The notes beneath the pieces were generated by a model that had not been told where the DNA came from, made no database searches, and saw only the letters and a list, made by a program, of their open reading frames with translations. Position numbers and translations under genes: made by a program. Shown here piece by piece: positions 1 through 13,400 of a stretch of 64,000 nt of DNA; positions within the stretch are counted from its first letter, which is position 1; every line of letters starts with the position of its first letter. The DNA comes from Nemertoderma westbladi (Eukaryota; Animalia; Xenacoelomorpha): assembly GCA_032718475.1 (NCBI GenBank), contig JAUCBJ010005520.1, forward strand, positions 1-64,000, read 5' to 3'.

Positions 1-2447
1 TAACTTCGGCGGTTGCTGTGCCGGTAATCCGTGTCTAGCCGCGAATTTCGCAATCTCGCTAACTAAATCCAACTGTCCGCGTCCCTGTTCGGCGGCGTCG
101 TCCAGTCGCTCCCTTCCGCGCGTTGTTCGTCGGTAGGAATTATTAACGGGATCTTCTTCTCGATGTGTCGGAGTCCGTCTAGTCTCCCGTTCTCTCCTCG
201 GTGGTCGATGTTGTCTAGGTTGTTCCAACTCCACGCTGGTTCGTGATCGATCCGACGGTTGCGCTTCGAGTCGCTCTTCGAGTTGAGCTAGTCGGTCCGT
301 TACAGGTCGCATTATTTCGGCGAGTCTGTTGGTGCTGATCGCTTCCGCAGGTTGCAGCGTGGGTTTCTGTTGGGGTGTTTCTCGTGGAGGATTATCAATA
401 TAGGGGTTCGTCGATCATTCCTCCCGTTTGTAATCCACTGCCGCTGCCGCTCCAGTACGGAATATTTCCCGTTCCGTCGACTCCGAGTCACTGGATGAAT
501 CGCTGTCGTCCGGATAAGGTGGTTGGTGGGTTCGCGTCCGGCGTATTATTCTTGGTCGAGTTCATCGTGGTCTGGGATCTACGGCTCCTCGTTGTTCGGT
601 AGGCTCGCAAGCCTTCCACGAAGTCGTAGGTCTCGTTAAACATTGGGTGAGAGGTCTAGTAAAAACATCTGAGTTAAGTTCTACTGTAGGTTTATAAATG
701 ACTGGGTTCGCGCAGCACGTCACAGGTTTAACTTGCAATGGTTTACTCACCTGTTTTACTGTCATAAACGCAGGTTCGTCTCTCTCCACAAGTAAACTAC
801 GACTTACTGTAGGTGGACTAGTTATGTTACCTGCTAAAATTGGCGACGAAGTCGCCCTAGGTTGCGGTATTTCCGTCACAACAAACCTGCTACCTTGCGT
901 CGGGCGCACAGGCGTTATTTCCTTAGGTTTCGTAACAAAGACCGGTTTTATCGGAGTCGTGGGTTTGAGCATAGGAATAACTTGGGGAAAACGTTTACAG
1001 TAATCCTCGACGAACTCCTCTCCTCGATCTATCGCTCCCACACTTCCTTCCTCGATTCGCTTCTGGATTCCGCGATATCGAGTCTCCATGCGATCCAGGG
1101 CAGACAAGTCGTGTCCAGTTCGAGTTCGAGGTCCGCTTGCGCGTTCGCTGCCTCGCGCGATCTACGATTCAGTTCGAACTGGAGCTGCATCTCTCTTTCG
1201 CGTCGATCTGCTTCCTGTTGTTGTGCCGCTAACTCCGCTTCCTGTATCGCTAAACGAGCGTTTATTTGTCGCGCCTCCAACTTGGCACGAGCGTCGGATG
1301 CTGCTTTCTTCCGTGCTAACTCAGCTGCGTTTACCGCCGCAACTCGTGCTAACTCGTCGGCTGCCGTCTGTCGTGCTAACTCGTCCGCTGCTGCTGCCGC
1401 GGCCGCTTCTTGCGCCAAGTTTTCCTCCAATCTGCGCATTTCCGAAGCTTCGAATTCGGCTTGGGCCTTGAGTTGCGCAATTCTTGCCTCGTCCTCTCTG
1501 CGCTGTTTTTCTCCTTCGATGGCGATCTGTGCCATCTGTAGTTGCGCTTCTTCCTCGGCGACTTGTTGTCGGCGTGCAACCTCCTGTTGTTGTCGAGTAA
1601 TTCCAGACGCTGTTCTACTAACGTCGCCAACGTTGCCAACGTCGCTCCGTACGCTAACGAACGATCTATCCAGTGGTGGATGTTGGTAGGCTCGCGAGCC
1701 TTCCGTAGTGAGAACTTCCGTCGTCCCTCGCGGTTCGACTTCCAGTTCGTCGATTATAATCAATATATATATATAATATATATAATATAATCAATAATTG
1801 GTCAGCGTTTCCAACCTTCCGTCCAGGCAGTAGAGTTCTTCTTCCTCTTCGGGTTGTAACAACGCGTCCGAAACTGACTCACCTAGCAGTTGGTCAAACT
1901 GCTCCTGTTGAGCCAATCTTATCACCGACTTAAACTGGATAAGGCTTTCTCTCGCACTTACCAATTTATCTACTATCTTTACCTGAGTAAAGTTGTCGCC
2001 ACGCAACTCTGCAAGTTCGTGCAAACCTTTAAGTTTATCTACGGAGGCATGTACCCTACTTTCTATCCTTACCTGTAAGGTGTAGAACTCGTATCTCGAC
2101 ATCGGGGCGGTTAACTCGCGTAAAACGCGAAAACCTTCTCCGAGGTTCCGAGTAATCTGGGCCATGTGTCCTCCTATACTTCTAATAACGTTCTCCTGGC
2201 TTCCAGTCGAACTTACCATGTCCGGTTCCCGCGATCTAGTCTGCGGGACGGTAAGGAAATCTTCGATTCTGCCGTCGCCACGCGTTGCGGCTTCCGGTAT
2301 TTCCGTTCGGGGTACCGGCGACGCAAGCGGTGTGACATCGGTGGAATCTCGGGTTCTCCTTCTCGGTTCGTCTACTGTCGATCTGTCCGGGTCGCACGAG
2401 TCATAGTCGGTAGGTGGGTATCTCGTCGAATGGGGTGTGTCACTCAT
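1..2447 (-). pseudogene. gag: Disrupted gag N-terminal region with Ala/Glu/Arg-rich coiled coil
   Basis: ORFs 2447-1791 and 1763-1029 are in the same frame, separated by an AT-rich insert carrying TGA. A frameshift near 1107 leads into ORF 1107-562, with further disablements toward position 1. AAAAADELARQ-type coiled coil resembles the AEAERK tract of element C gag. Confidence 0.65.
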
Positions 2448-4483
2448 GTCTTATTATATACGTCAAGTACGGATAATAAAATGTCAAAGTGTCTGAATGT
2501 TGAAGTGTCAAACTTACCTAACCGGTACAAATAAATCAACAAGTCAGAATGTCGAAATGTCAAAATGTCGAAATGTACAAATGTCAAACTTACCTTGATA
2601 TATATATATATCATATATATACCCTAACCGGTACAAATAAACTAACAAGGTATATAATAAAATAAGTAGTAATCTAGCCTACCGGCTAAATTTGTACGAA
2701 TAAGTGAGATAACGGTATACGTTAACAAAATGTAGATCAACAAGTATAAACAATAGGCCAAACAGCAACGTCTAACGGGAAAATAAGTACCAACAACACT
2801 ACTAATAGACAGTGAACCCACAAATTTTGAGTACTACTGTGCTTTCTTAAGTTTGAACGACGCGAGTCGTAAAACTTACGTTCCTTTGATCTTCCAGTCG
2901 TACAAATTCCCAAATACAAACCGGACGTGGGTCTTTCCGTTTTTCGGCGGCGCGGACGAATTTATTGTCTCCCAAACGTTGCGAAAAGCGGTCTAATCCT
3001 CGAAGCGGTCCAGAAATGAGTCCTTGAGTCCTGAAAAGGTCGAAGGTGAGAGTTTTACTTCTACGCTTACGAAAATCTTCCTAGGTACCGATACAAATTG
3101 GTCTTTAAACCCTATGTACCTTTTCAAGTACCGAAAAGTAACACCGCACACACACGGCGTAAAACAAAGTGCTACAAACTAACTGTTAGCTAGTCAAATA
3201 TTAAATACGAAAGTACTAGCTACCCTAAAAGCCTACTGAAGCAGGGGACGTTCTAAATTACTAAATTTACTAACCTTAATTTTTAAATATCTCCTACTTT
3301 CAATAGCTAACAATTCTAAGCTATACTATACGCTAATTTCAGAATTTGTATAATATACTTCCTACTGTAAGGGTCCAGTAGTATACCGCTTACCAGATCC
3401 TAGTAACGATGTATCTTACTATGAGACTCTAGTAATGTATACGGGCTTGTACAGTATCTGACAACAAATCCCAGTCCAGGATATCTAAACAAACAGATAC
3501 AATACACAAACGACTACTGGCGAGGAACAGAGCCTTGTATCTATTCTATGTACGTGAGCGGGTCTAATGCCTACGTACTATACAGAAGGATACCTGTCCT
3601 CTAACCGGTGAGGCAGATGTACAGTTACAGTAACAGACCAAACTCACGGGAAAACAATCCCCGCGCAGCGAATCCTAACTATCACTGACAGTCCTAAATA
3701 CAGTAACTTGCCGCGGTGTGATTTATATGGTTTATATACGAGCTAGTGGGTTAACAGACCTAGCGTAACAACACTGACAGTCCTAAATCAGTCGAAAAGG
3801 GGTCGTACCTAAATGTAACAATAACTGATCCCCCTGTACGAAATCAGTCTAAAGGGTCAGGCCTAAATGTAACAATAACTGCTGGATAGAAATCAACAGT
3901 TTAATAACGAAAGTGAAATACTCCTTATCGCCGCAACTAAATCAGATCCTAATTTTACAAATACAGACAATTTCCACCTAAAGTAATGTATAGTGCGCTA
4001 TAGCTAGTAGAACTTTAAGGGCAATATGTTTTAGGGCGTGTGTGTGTGGGTGTGTTACAAATAAAACAATTTCGTGTAATTCCTTTTACTAGGTTTTAGT
4101 GATTTTCTGACTAAATGATACCGTGCGCTAGCTACTAAAATAAACTAGTCGCGTTTGTAGAACTTTATACTCACGAATGACGTCAAAGCTCTCTCCTTCC
4201 TATCCACAACCCAATGGGCAACCACAGTGTTAGTAACTACACCCGTGATCGGCACTAATACCAGATTCTGGTAGTAAGATAAGGAATAGGGGTTAATTGC
4301 TACCGTACGTTAGCTGATCTGGTATACTAATTTAATTCTAGAACTTTGTTGCTGCGGTAGTTAGCAGCAATACCTATCAGTACGTGGCAAGGCGCGGTAG
4401 GATATTAATAAAACCTCCCTAGGCCAAGCAGTGTGCCGGTAGCAGAAATACTCCTTGCCTGATCAAATAGCTAACTCCAGACA

Positions 4484-4688
4484 GGGGGGGGGGGGGTACT
4501 AATGTACGTTCTACAAAGCGAACCGGTACCAAACAGTCAGTGCTATGAATCACTAAATTATGGAACATATGCTGTCCGTACCTAATATGTACTCGCGTAC
4601 TGACGAATGGCAATAGTTCGCACCTGTAGGAAGTACAGGTTAACCCAGGGGTTCGTAGGACTGACAAAGGGGGGGGGGGGGGGGGGGG
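4484..4688 (+). repeat. Two poly-G tracts (G13 at 4484-4496, G20 at 4669-4688) in the element A leader
   Basis: Read directly; both follow GACA or GACAAA. Confidence 0.9.
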
Positions 4689-4960
4689 TGTCTGGATATA
4701 ATTATTTGATCCTAAATTTGCGGCGTCCAGTACGGTGTCACGCTTACCCTGATCTATAGGTCTTACGGCGGGCAAGGGCGTCGAACAAAGTCTTACCTTC
4801 TCACAAAGCGGGCGCTGCATAGCAAGTGGAGTATTTCGAAGGGGCAAAGGGGGTGCGCGGTCGATCCAATGTGGGCGCTAGCGTGTTGTGGACATCCCTT
4901 CCCTGCGTTGCTTACGGCCTAACGATCTAGGCTGCCATCTCCCTGATGTTCGGCTGTCCC

Positions 4961-4972
4961 AAAGTTGGACCA
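4961..4972 (-). other. Putative primer-binding site (TGGTCCAACTTT)
   Basis: TGG begins 10 nt after the putative LTR end (...CTGACA). Only TGGTCC matches the tRNA-Tyr-type TGGTCCTTCG PBS common in BEL/Pao. Confidence 0.45.
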
Positions 4973-5136
4973 AAAGAAAACATGTCAGGAATTTGCAGTA
5001 TATTTACAGTTTTACAAAGGATTTATCAAACGAAGTTTCAACAAGAAACCGAATAAACTAATTTTACAAAAGTAAGAGTTTTACAAAGTGGTAAGAAGTG
5101 ACATAATATAAGGTGATAACCGAAGGCAAACCGGCC

Positions 5137-5392
5137 TTTTTATACTAGAAATTGCACATGGAAACTAAACAGAATTTTCCACAGCTTCACAATTGAGCAA
5201 TGAAGTGCTTCGTGCCCTATGATTGGCCCAGCTCATCGTTCAACGCAGTCCGGCCCTTACACTAATCTGGGACATGGAATCCTAACAGAATTTTCCACTG
5301 CCTCACATTTGAGCAATAAGATAATTTATGCCCTATGATTGGCCTGGCTCATCATTCGCTACGCTGTACGCTTCTCATTGGCCTACCAATTA
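5137..5392 (-). promoter_or_regulatory. Pol II promoter-like U3: TATAAAAA (5144-5137) downstream of several CCAAT boxes in a ~117-bp tandem duplication
   Basis: AACAGAATTTTCCAC...GCCCTATGATTGGCC...GCTCATC occurs at ~5168-5241 and ~5284-5357. Further ATTGG/CCAAT motifs at ~5377-5390. Confidence 0.55.
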
Positions 5393-5430
5393 GCACCAAA
5401 CGAAAATAAATGGCCCCAAAATACAAATTT

Positions 5431-5500
5431 CCCGACTGGGATTCGAACTCGTAACCTATGTAATGTAACCAACGCCTTAACCATCTGACCACTACGCCAC
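5431..5500 (-). other. tRNA-derived (SINE-head-like) Pol III A/B-box segment
   Basis: A box TGGTCAGATGG (5491-5481) followed by TTAAGGCG, and B box GAGTTCGAATCC (5450-5439), at tRNA-like spacing. Acceptor and anticodon stems do not pair. Confidence 0.6.
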
Positions 5501-8500
5501 GAGAGTACCTAAGGGTTTTATGTGTACAAATATGAATAGGCATATTACATTACTGTAACTTAATCAAAATACGTCGGATTTTCGAAAGTTTTTACGTTAA
5601 AGTTAAACTACAAATGCTATCTTATAGTGAAATAATTCATCACCGACTTTTGCAATCTCGTTCGAACGACGTTCCAAAACTTTGGGAAACGAATCTAATT
5701 GGCTGGAGTGGTTTCTATACCAACGAACACCCAATCAAGTTTGTTTCCACGACTTTTGCAATCTCGTTCGAACGACGTTACAAAACTTTGGGAAACAAAT
5801 TTAATTGGCTGGAGTGGTTTCTATACCAAAAAACACCCAATCATGTTTGTTCCCCCGACTTTTGCAATCTCGTTCGAACGACGTTACAAAACTTTGGGAA
5901 ACAAATCTAATTGGCTGGAGTGGTTTCTATACCAAAAAACACCCAATCATGTTTGTTCCCCCGACTTTTGCAATCTCGTTCGAACGACGTTACAAAACTT
6001 TGGGAAACAAATCTAATTGGCTGGAGTGGTTTCTATACCAACAAACACCCAATCAAGTTTGTTTCCACGACTTTTGCAATCTCGTTCGAACGACGTTACA
6101 AAACTTTGGGAAACAAATCTAATTGGCTGGAGTGGTTTCTATACCAAAAAACACCCAATCATGTTTGTTCCCCCGACTTTTGCAATCTCGTTCGAACGAC
6201 GTTACAAAACTTTGGGAAACAAATCTAATTGGCTGGAGTGGTTTCTATACCAACAAACACCCAACCAAGCTTGTTCCCCCGACCTTTGCAAACTCGTTCG
6301 AAAGACTTTACAAAACTCGGGGAAACAAATCTAATTGGCTGGAGTGGTTTCTATACCAACAAACACCCAACCAAGCTTGTTCCCCCGACCTTTGCAAACT
6401 CGTTCGAACGACTTTACAAAACTTTGGGAAACAAATCTAATTGGTTGGAGTGGTTTCTATACCAAAAAACACCCAATCATGTTTGTTCCCCCGACTTTTG
6501 CAATCTCGTTCGTACGACGTTACAAAACTCGGGGAAACAAATCTAATTGGCTGGAGTGGTTTCTATACCAAAAAACACCCAATCATGTTTGTTCCCCCGA
6601 CTTTTGCAATCTCGTTCGAACGACTTTACAAAACTTTGGGAAACAAATCTAATTGGCTGGAGTGGTTTCTATACCAACAAACACCCAACCAAGCTTGTTC
6701 CCCCGACTTTTGCAAACTCGTTCGAACGACGTTACAAAACTTTGGGAAACAAATCTAATTGGCTGGAGTGGTTTCTATACCAAAAAACACCCAATCATGT
6801 TTGTTCCCCCGACTTTTGCAATCTCGTTCGAACGACGTTACAAAACTTTGGGAAACAAATCTAATTGGCTGGAGTGGTTTCTATACCAAAAAACACCCAA
6901 TCATGTTTGTTCCCCCGACTTTTGCAATCTCGTTCGAACGACGTTACAAAACTTTGGGAAACAAATCTAATTGGCTGGAGTGGTTTCTAGACCAACAAAC
7001 ACCCAATCATGTTTGTTCCCCCGACTTTTGCAATCTCGTTCGAACGACGTTACAAAACTTTGGGAAACAAATCTAATTGGCTGGAGTGGTTTCTAGACCA
7101 ACAAACACCCAATCATGTTTGTTTCCCCGACTTTTGCAAACTCGTTCGAACGACGTTACAAAACTTTGGGAAACAAATCTAATTGGCTGGAGTGGTTTCT
7201 ATACCAAAAAACACCCAACCAAGCTTGTTCCCCCGACATTTGCAAACTCGTTCGTACGACTTTACAAAACTTTGGGAAACAAATCTAATTGGCTCGAGTG
7301 GTTTCTATACCAACAAACACCCAACCAAGCTTGTTCCCCCGACATTTGCAAACTCGTTCGTACGACTTTACAAAACTTTGGGAAACAAATCTAATTGGCT
7401 GGAGTGGTTTCTATACCAAAAAACACCCAATCATGTTTGTTCCCCCGACTTTTGCAATCTCGTTCGAACGACGTTACAAAACTTTGGGAAACAAATCTAA
7501 TTGGCTGGAGTGGTTTCTATACCAAAAAACACCTAATCATGTTTGTTCCCCCGACTTTTGCAATCTCGTTCGAACGACGTTACAAAACTTTGGGAAACAA
7601 ATCTAATTGGCTGGAGTGGTTTCTATACCAACAAACACCCAACCAAGCTTGTTCCCCCGACCTTTGCAAACTCGTTCGAACGACTTTACAAAACTCGGGG
7701 AAACAAATCTAATTGGCTGGAGTGGTTTCTATACCAAAAAACACCCAATCATGTTTGTTCCCCCGACTTTTGCAATCTCGTTCGAACGACGTTACAAAAC
7801 TTTGGGAAACAAATCTAATTGGCTGGAGTGGTTTCTAGACCAACAAACACCCAATTATGTTTGTTTCCCCGACTTTTGCAAACTCGTTCGAACGACTTTA
7901 CAAAACTCGGGGAAACAAATCTAATTGGCTGGAGTGGTTTCTAGACCAACAAACACCCAATCATGTTTGTTTCCCCGACTTTTGCAAACTCGTTCGAACG
8001 ACTTTACAAAACTCGGGGAAACAAATCTAATTGGCTGGAGTGGTTTCTAGACCAACAAACACCCAATCATGTTTGTTTCCCCGACTTTTGCAATCTCGTT
8101 CGAACGACGTTACAAAACTTTGGGAAACAAATCTAATTGGCTGGAGTGGTTTCTATACCAACAAACACCCAACCAAGCTTGTTCCCCCGACCTTTGCAAA
8201 CTCGTTCGAACGACTTTACAAAACTCGGGGAAACAAATCTAATTGGCTGGAGTGGTTTCTATACCAAAAAACACCCAATCATGTTTGTTCCCCCGACTTT
8301 TGCAAACTCATTCGAACGACTTTACAAAACTTTGGGAAACAAATCTAATTGGCTGGAGTGGTTTCTATACCAACAAACACCCAACCAAGCTTGTTCCCCC
8401 GACCTTTGCAAACTCGTTCGAACGACTTTACAAAACTCGGGGAAACGAATCTAATTGGCTGGAGTGGTTTCTATACCAACAAACACCCAACCAAGCTTGT

Positions 8501-10468
8501 TCCGCCGACCTTTGCAATCTCGTTCGAACGACGTTACAAAACTTTGGGAAACAAATCTAATTGGCTGGAGTGGTTTCTATACCAACAAACACCCAATCAA
8601 GTTTGTTTCCACGACTTTTGCAATCTCGTTCGAACGACGTTACAAAACTTTGGGAAACAAATCTAATTGGCTGGAGTGGTTTCTATACCAAAAAACACCC
8701 AATCATGTTTGTTCCCCCGACTTTTGCAATCTCGTTCGAACGACGTTACAAAACTTTGGGAAACAAATCTAATTGGCTGGAGTGGTTTCTATACCAAAAA
8801 ACACCCAATCATGTTTGTTCCCCCGACTTTTGCAATCTCGTTCGAACGACGTTACAAAACTTTGGGAAACAAATCTAATTGGCTGGAGTGGTTTCTAGAC
8901 CAACAAACACCCAATCATGTTTGTTCCCCCGACTTTTGCAATCTCGTTCGAACGACGTTACAAAACTTTGGGAAACAAATCTAATTGGCTGGAGTGGTTT
9001 CTAGACCAACAAACACCCAATCATGTTTGTTTCCCCGACTTTTGCAAACTCGTTCGAACGACGTTACAAAACTTTGGGAAACAAATCTAATTGGCTGGAG
9101 TGGTTTCTATACCAAAAAACACCCAATCATGTTTGTTCCCCCGACTTTTGCAATCTCGTTCGAACGACGTTACAAAACTTTGGGAAACAAATCTAATTGG
9201 CTGGAGTGGTTTCTAGACCAACAAACACCCAATCATGTTTGTTCCCCCGACTTTTGCAATCTCGTTCGAACGACGTTACAAAACTTTGGGAAACAAATCT
9301 AATTGGCTGGAGTGGTTTCTAGACCAACAAACACCCAATCATGTTTGTTTCCCCGACTTTTGCAAACTCGTTCGAACGACGTTACAAAACTTTGGGAAAC
9401 AAATCTAATTGGCTGGAGTGGTTTCTATACCAAAAAACACCCAATCATGTTTGTTCCCCCGACTTTTGCAAACTCGTTCGAACGACTTTACAAAACTCTG
9501 GGATACAAATTTAATTGGCTGGAGTGGTTTCTAGACCAACAAACACCCAATCATGTTTGTTCCCCCGACTTTTGCAATCTCGTTCGAACGACGTTACAAA
9601 ACTTTGGGAAACAAATCTAATTGGCTGGAGTGGTTTCTATACCAACAAACACCCAACCAAGCTTGTTCCCCCGACCTTTGCAATCTCGTTCGAACGACGT
9701 TACAAAACTTTGGGAAACAAATCTAATTGGCTGGAGTGGTTTCTATACCAACAAACACCCAATCAAGTTTGTTTCCACGACTTTTGCAATCTCGTTCGAA
9801 CGACGTTACAAAACTTTGGGAAACAAATCTAATTGGCTGGAGTGGTTTCTATACCAAAAAACACCCAATCATGTTTGTTCCCCCGACTTTTGCAATCTCG
9901 TTCGAACGACGTTACAAAACTTTGGGAAACAAATCTAATTGGCTGGAGTGGTTTCTAGACCAACAAACACCCAATCATGTTTGTTCCCCCGACTTTTGCA
10001 ATCTCGTTCGAACGACGTTACAAAACTTTGGGAAACAAATCTAATTGGCTGGAGTGGTTTCTAGACCAACAAACACCCAATCATGTTTGTTTCCCCGACT
10101 TTTGCAAACTCGTTCGAACGACGTTACAAAACTTTGGGAAACAAATCTAATTGGCTGGAGTGGTTTCTATACCAAAAAACACCCAATCATGTTTGTTCCC
10201 CCGACTTTTGCAATCTCGTTCGAACGACGTTACAAAACTTTGGGAAACAAATCTAATTGGCTGGAGTGGTTTCTAGACCAACAAACACCCAATCATGTTT
10301 GTTCCCCCGACTTTTGCAATCTCGTTCGAACGACGTTACAAAACTTTGGGAAACAAATCTAATTGGCTGGAGTGGTTTCTAGACCAACAAACACCCAATC
10401 ATGTTTGTTTCCACGACTTTTGCAATCTCGTTCGAACGACGTTACAAAACTTTGGGAAACAAATCTAA

Positions 10469-13400
10469 TTGGCTGGAGTGGTTTCTATACCAACAAACAC
10501 CCAATCATGTTTGTTCCCCCGACTTTTGCAAACTCGTTCGAACGACTTTACAAAACTTTGGGAAACAAATCTAATTGGCTGGAGTGGTTTCTATACCAAC
10601 AAACACCCAACCAAGCTTGTTCCCCCGACCTTTGCAAACTCGTTCGAACGACTTTACAAAACTCGGGGAAACAAATCTAATTGGCTGGAGTGGTTTCTAT
10701 ACCAAAAAACACCCAATCATGTTTGTTCCCCCGACTTTTGCAATCTCGTTCGAACGACGTTACAAAACTTTGGGAAACAAATCTAATTGGCTGGAGTGGT
10801 TTCTAGACCAACAAACACCCAATTATGTTTGTTTCCCCGACTTTTGCAAACTCGTTCGAACGACTTTACAAAACTCGGGGAAACAAATCTAATTGGCTGG
10901 AGTGGTTTCTAGACCAACAAACACCCAATCATGTTTGTTTCCCCGACTTTTGCAAACTCGTTCGAACGACTTTACAAAACTCGGGGAAACAAATCTAATT
11001 GGCTGGAGTGGTTTCTAGACCAACAAACACCCAATCATGTTTGTTTCCCCGACTTTTGCAATCTCGTTCGAACGACGTTACAAAACTTTGGGAAACAAAT
11101 CTAATTGGCTGGAGTGGTTTCTATACCAACAAACACCCAACCAAGCTTGTTCCCCCGACCTTTGCAAACTCGTTCGAACGACTTTACAAAACTCGGGGAA
11201 ACAAATCTAATTGGCTGGAGTGGTTTCTATACCAAAAAACACCCAATCATGTTTGTTCCCCCGACTTTTGCAAACTCGTTCGAACGACTTTACAAAACTT
11301 TGGGAAACAAATCTAATTGGCTGGAGTGGTTTCTATACCAACAAACACCCAACCAAGCTTGTTCCCCCGACCTTTGCAAACTCGTTCGAACGACTTTACA
11401 AAACTCGGGGAAACGAATCTAATTGGCTGGAGTGGTTTCTATACCAACAAACACCCAACCAAGCTTGTTCCCCCGACCTTTGCAAACTCGTTCGAACGAC
11501 TTTACAAAACTCGGGGAAACGAATCTAATTGGCTGGAGTGGTTTCTATACCAACAAACACCCAACCAAGCTTGTTCCCCCGACCTTTGCAAACTCGTTCG
11601 AACGACTTTACAAAACTCGGGGAAACAAATCTAATTGGCTGGAGTGGTTTCTATACCAAAAAACACCCAATCATGTTTGTTCCCCCGACTTTTGCAAACT
11701 CGTTCGAACGACTTTACAAAACTTTGGGAAACAAATCTAATTGGCTGGAGTGGTTTCTATACCAACAAACACCCAACCAAGCTTGTTCCCCCGACTTTTG
11801 CAATCTCGTTCGAACGACGTTACAAAACTTTGGGAAACAAATCTAATTGGCTGGAGTGGTTTCTATACCAACAAACACCCAATCAAGTTTGTTTCCACGA
11901 CTTTTGCAATCTCGTTCGAACGACGTTACAAAACTTTGGGAAACAAATCTAATTGGCTGGAGTGGTTTCTATACCAAAAAACACCCAATCATGTTTGTTC
12001 CCCCGACTTTTGCAAACTCGTTCGAACGACTTTACAAAACTTTGGGAAACAAATCTAATTGGCTGGAGTGGTTTCTATACCAACAAACACCCAATCAAGT
12101 TTGTTTCCACGACTTTTGCAATCTCGTTCGAACGACGTTACAAAACTTTGGGAAACAAATCTAATTGGCTGGAGTGGTTTCTATACCAAAAAACACCCAA
12201 TCATGTTTGTTCCCCCGACTTTTGCAAACTCGTTCGAACGACTTTACAAAACTTTGGGAAACAAATCTAATTGGCTGGAGTGGTTTCTATACCAACAAAC
12301 ACCCAATCAAGTTTGTTCCCCCGACTTTTGCAAACTCGTTCGAACGACTTTACAAAACTTTGGGAAACAAATCTAATTGGCTGGAGTGGTTTCTATACCA
12401 AAAAACACCCAATCATGTTTGTTCCCCCGACTTTTGCAAACTCGTTCGAACGACTTTACAAAACTTTGGGAAACAAATCTAATTGGCTGGAGTGGTTTCT
12501 ATACCAACAAACACCCAACCAAGCTTGTTCCCCCGACCTTTGCAAACTCGTTCGAACGACTTTACAAAACTCGGGGAAACAAATCTAATTGGCTGGAGTG
12601 GTTTCTATACCAACAAACACCCAACCAAGCTTGTTCCCCCGACTTTTGCAAACTCGTTCGAACGACTTTACAAAACTTTGGGAAACAAATTTAATTGGCT
12701 GGAGTGGTTTCTATACCAAAAAACACCCAATCATGTTTGTTCCCCCGACTTTTGCAATCTCGTTCGAACGACGTTACAAAACTTTGGGAAACAAATCTAA
12801 TTGGCTGGAGTGGTTTCTAGACCAACAAACACCCAATCATGTTTGTTTCCCCGACTTTTGCAAACTCGTTCGAACGACTTTACAAAACTCGGGGAAACAA
12901 ATCTAATTGGCTGGAGTGGTTTCTAGACCAACAAACACCCAATCATGTTTGTTTCCCCGACTTTTGCAAACTCGTTCGAACAACTTTACAAAACTCTGGG
13001 ATACAAATCTAATTGGCTGGAGTGGTTTCCATACCAACAAATACCCAACCAAGCTTGTTCCCCCGACCTTTGCAAACTCGTTCGAACGACTTTACAAAAC
13101 TTTGGGAAACAAATCTAATTGGCTGGAGTGGTTTCTAGACCAACAAACACCCAATCATGTTTGTTCCCCCGACTTTTGCAATCTCGTTCGAACGACGTTA
13201 CAAAACTTTGGGAAACAAATCTAATTGGCTGGAGTGGTTTCTATACCAAAAAACACCCAATCATGTTTGTTCCCCCGACTTTTGCAATCTCGTTCGAACG
13301 ACTTTACAAAACTTTGGGAAACAAATCTAATTGGCTGGAGTGGTTTCTATACCAACAAACACCCAACCAAGCTTGTTCCCCCGACCTTTGCAAACTCGTT

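Larger units (their letters stand above)
1..5549 (-). mobile_element. 5' portion of a decayed BEL/Pao-like LTR retrotransposon (element A), continuing beyond the left edge
   Basis: Minus-strand order is putative LTR, TGG-starting PBS-like site, long leader, then gag-like frame. The frame at the window edge reads ...LVSEIAKFAARHGLPAQQPPKL, like the LPxxxPPKF entry into the Pao gag DUF1759 region. Architecture parallels element C. No pol is visible in the window. Confidence 0.65.
4983..5549 (-). repeat. Putative 5' LTR of element A
   Basis: Minus strand reads TGTAATA(5549)...CTGACA(4983) and contains TATA and CCAAT boxes with a PBS-like site adjacent. The right boundary is uncertain (5528 is an alternative) because the partner LTR is outside the window. 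Confidence 0.55.

Noticed and set aside
375-2534. Plus-strand ORFs over gag (also those in 54887-60594)
   Set aside because: Antisense shadows of GC-rich or repetitive minus-strand coding sequence.
5431-5500. Functional tRNA gene
   Set aside because: Only the A/B boxes and D arm are recognisable; acceptor, anticodon and T stems do not pair.
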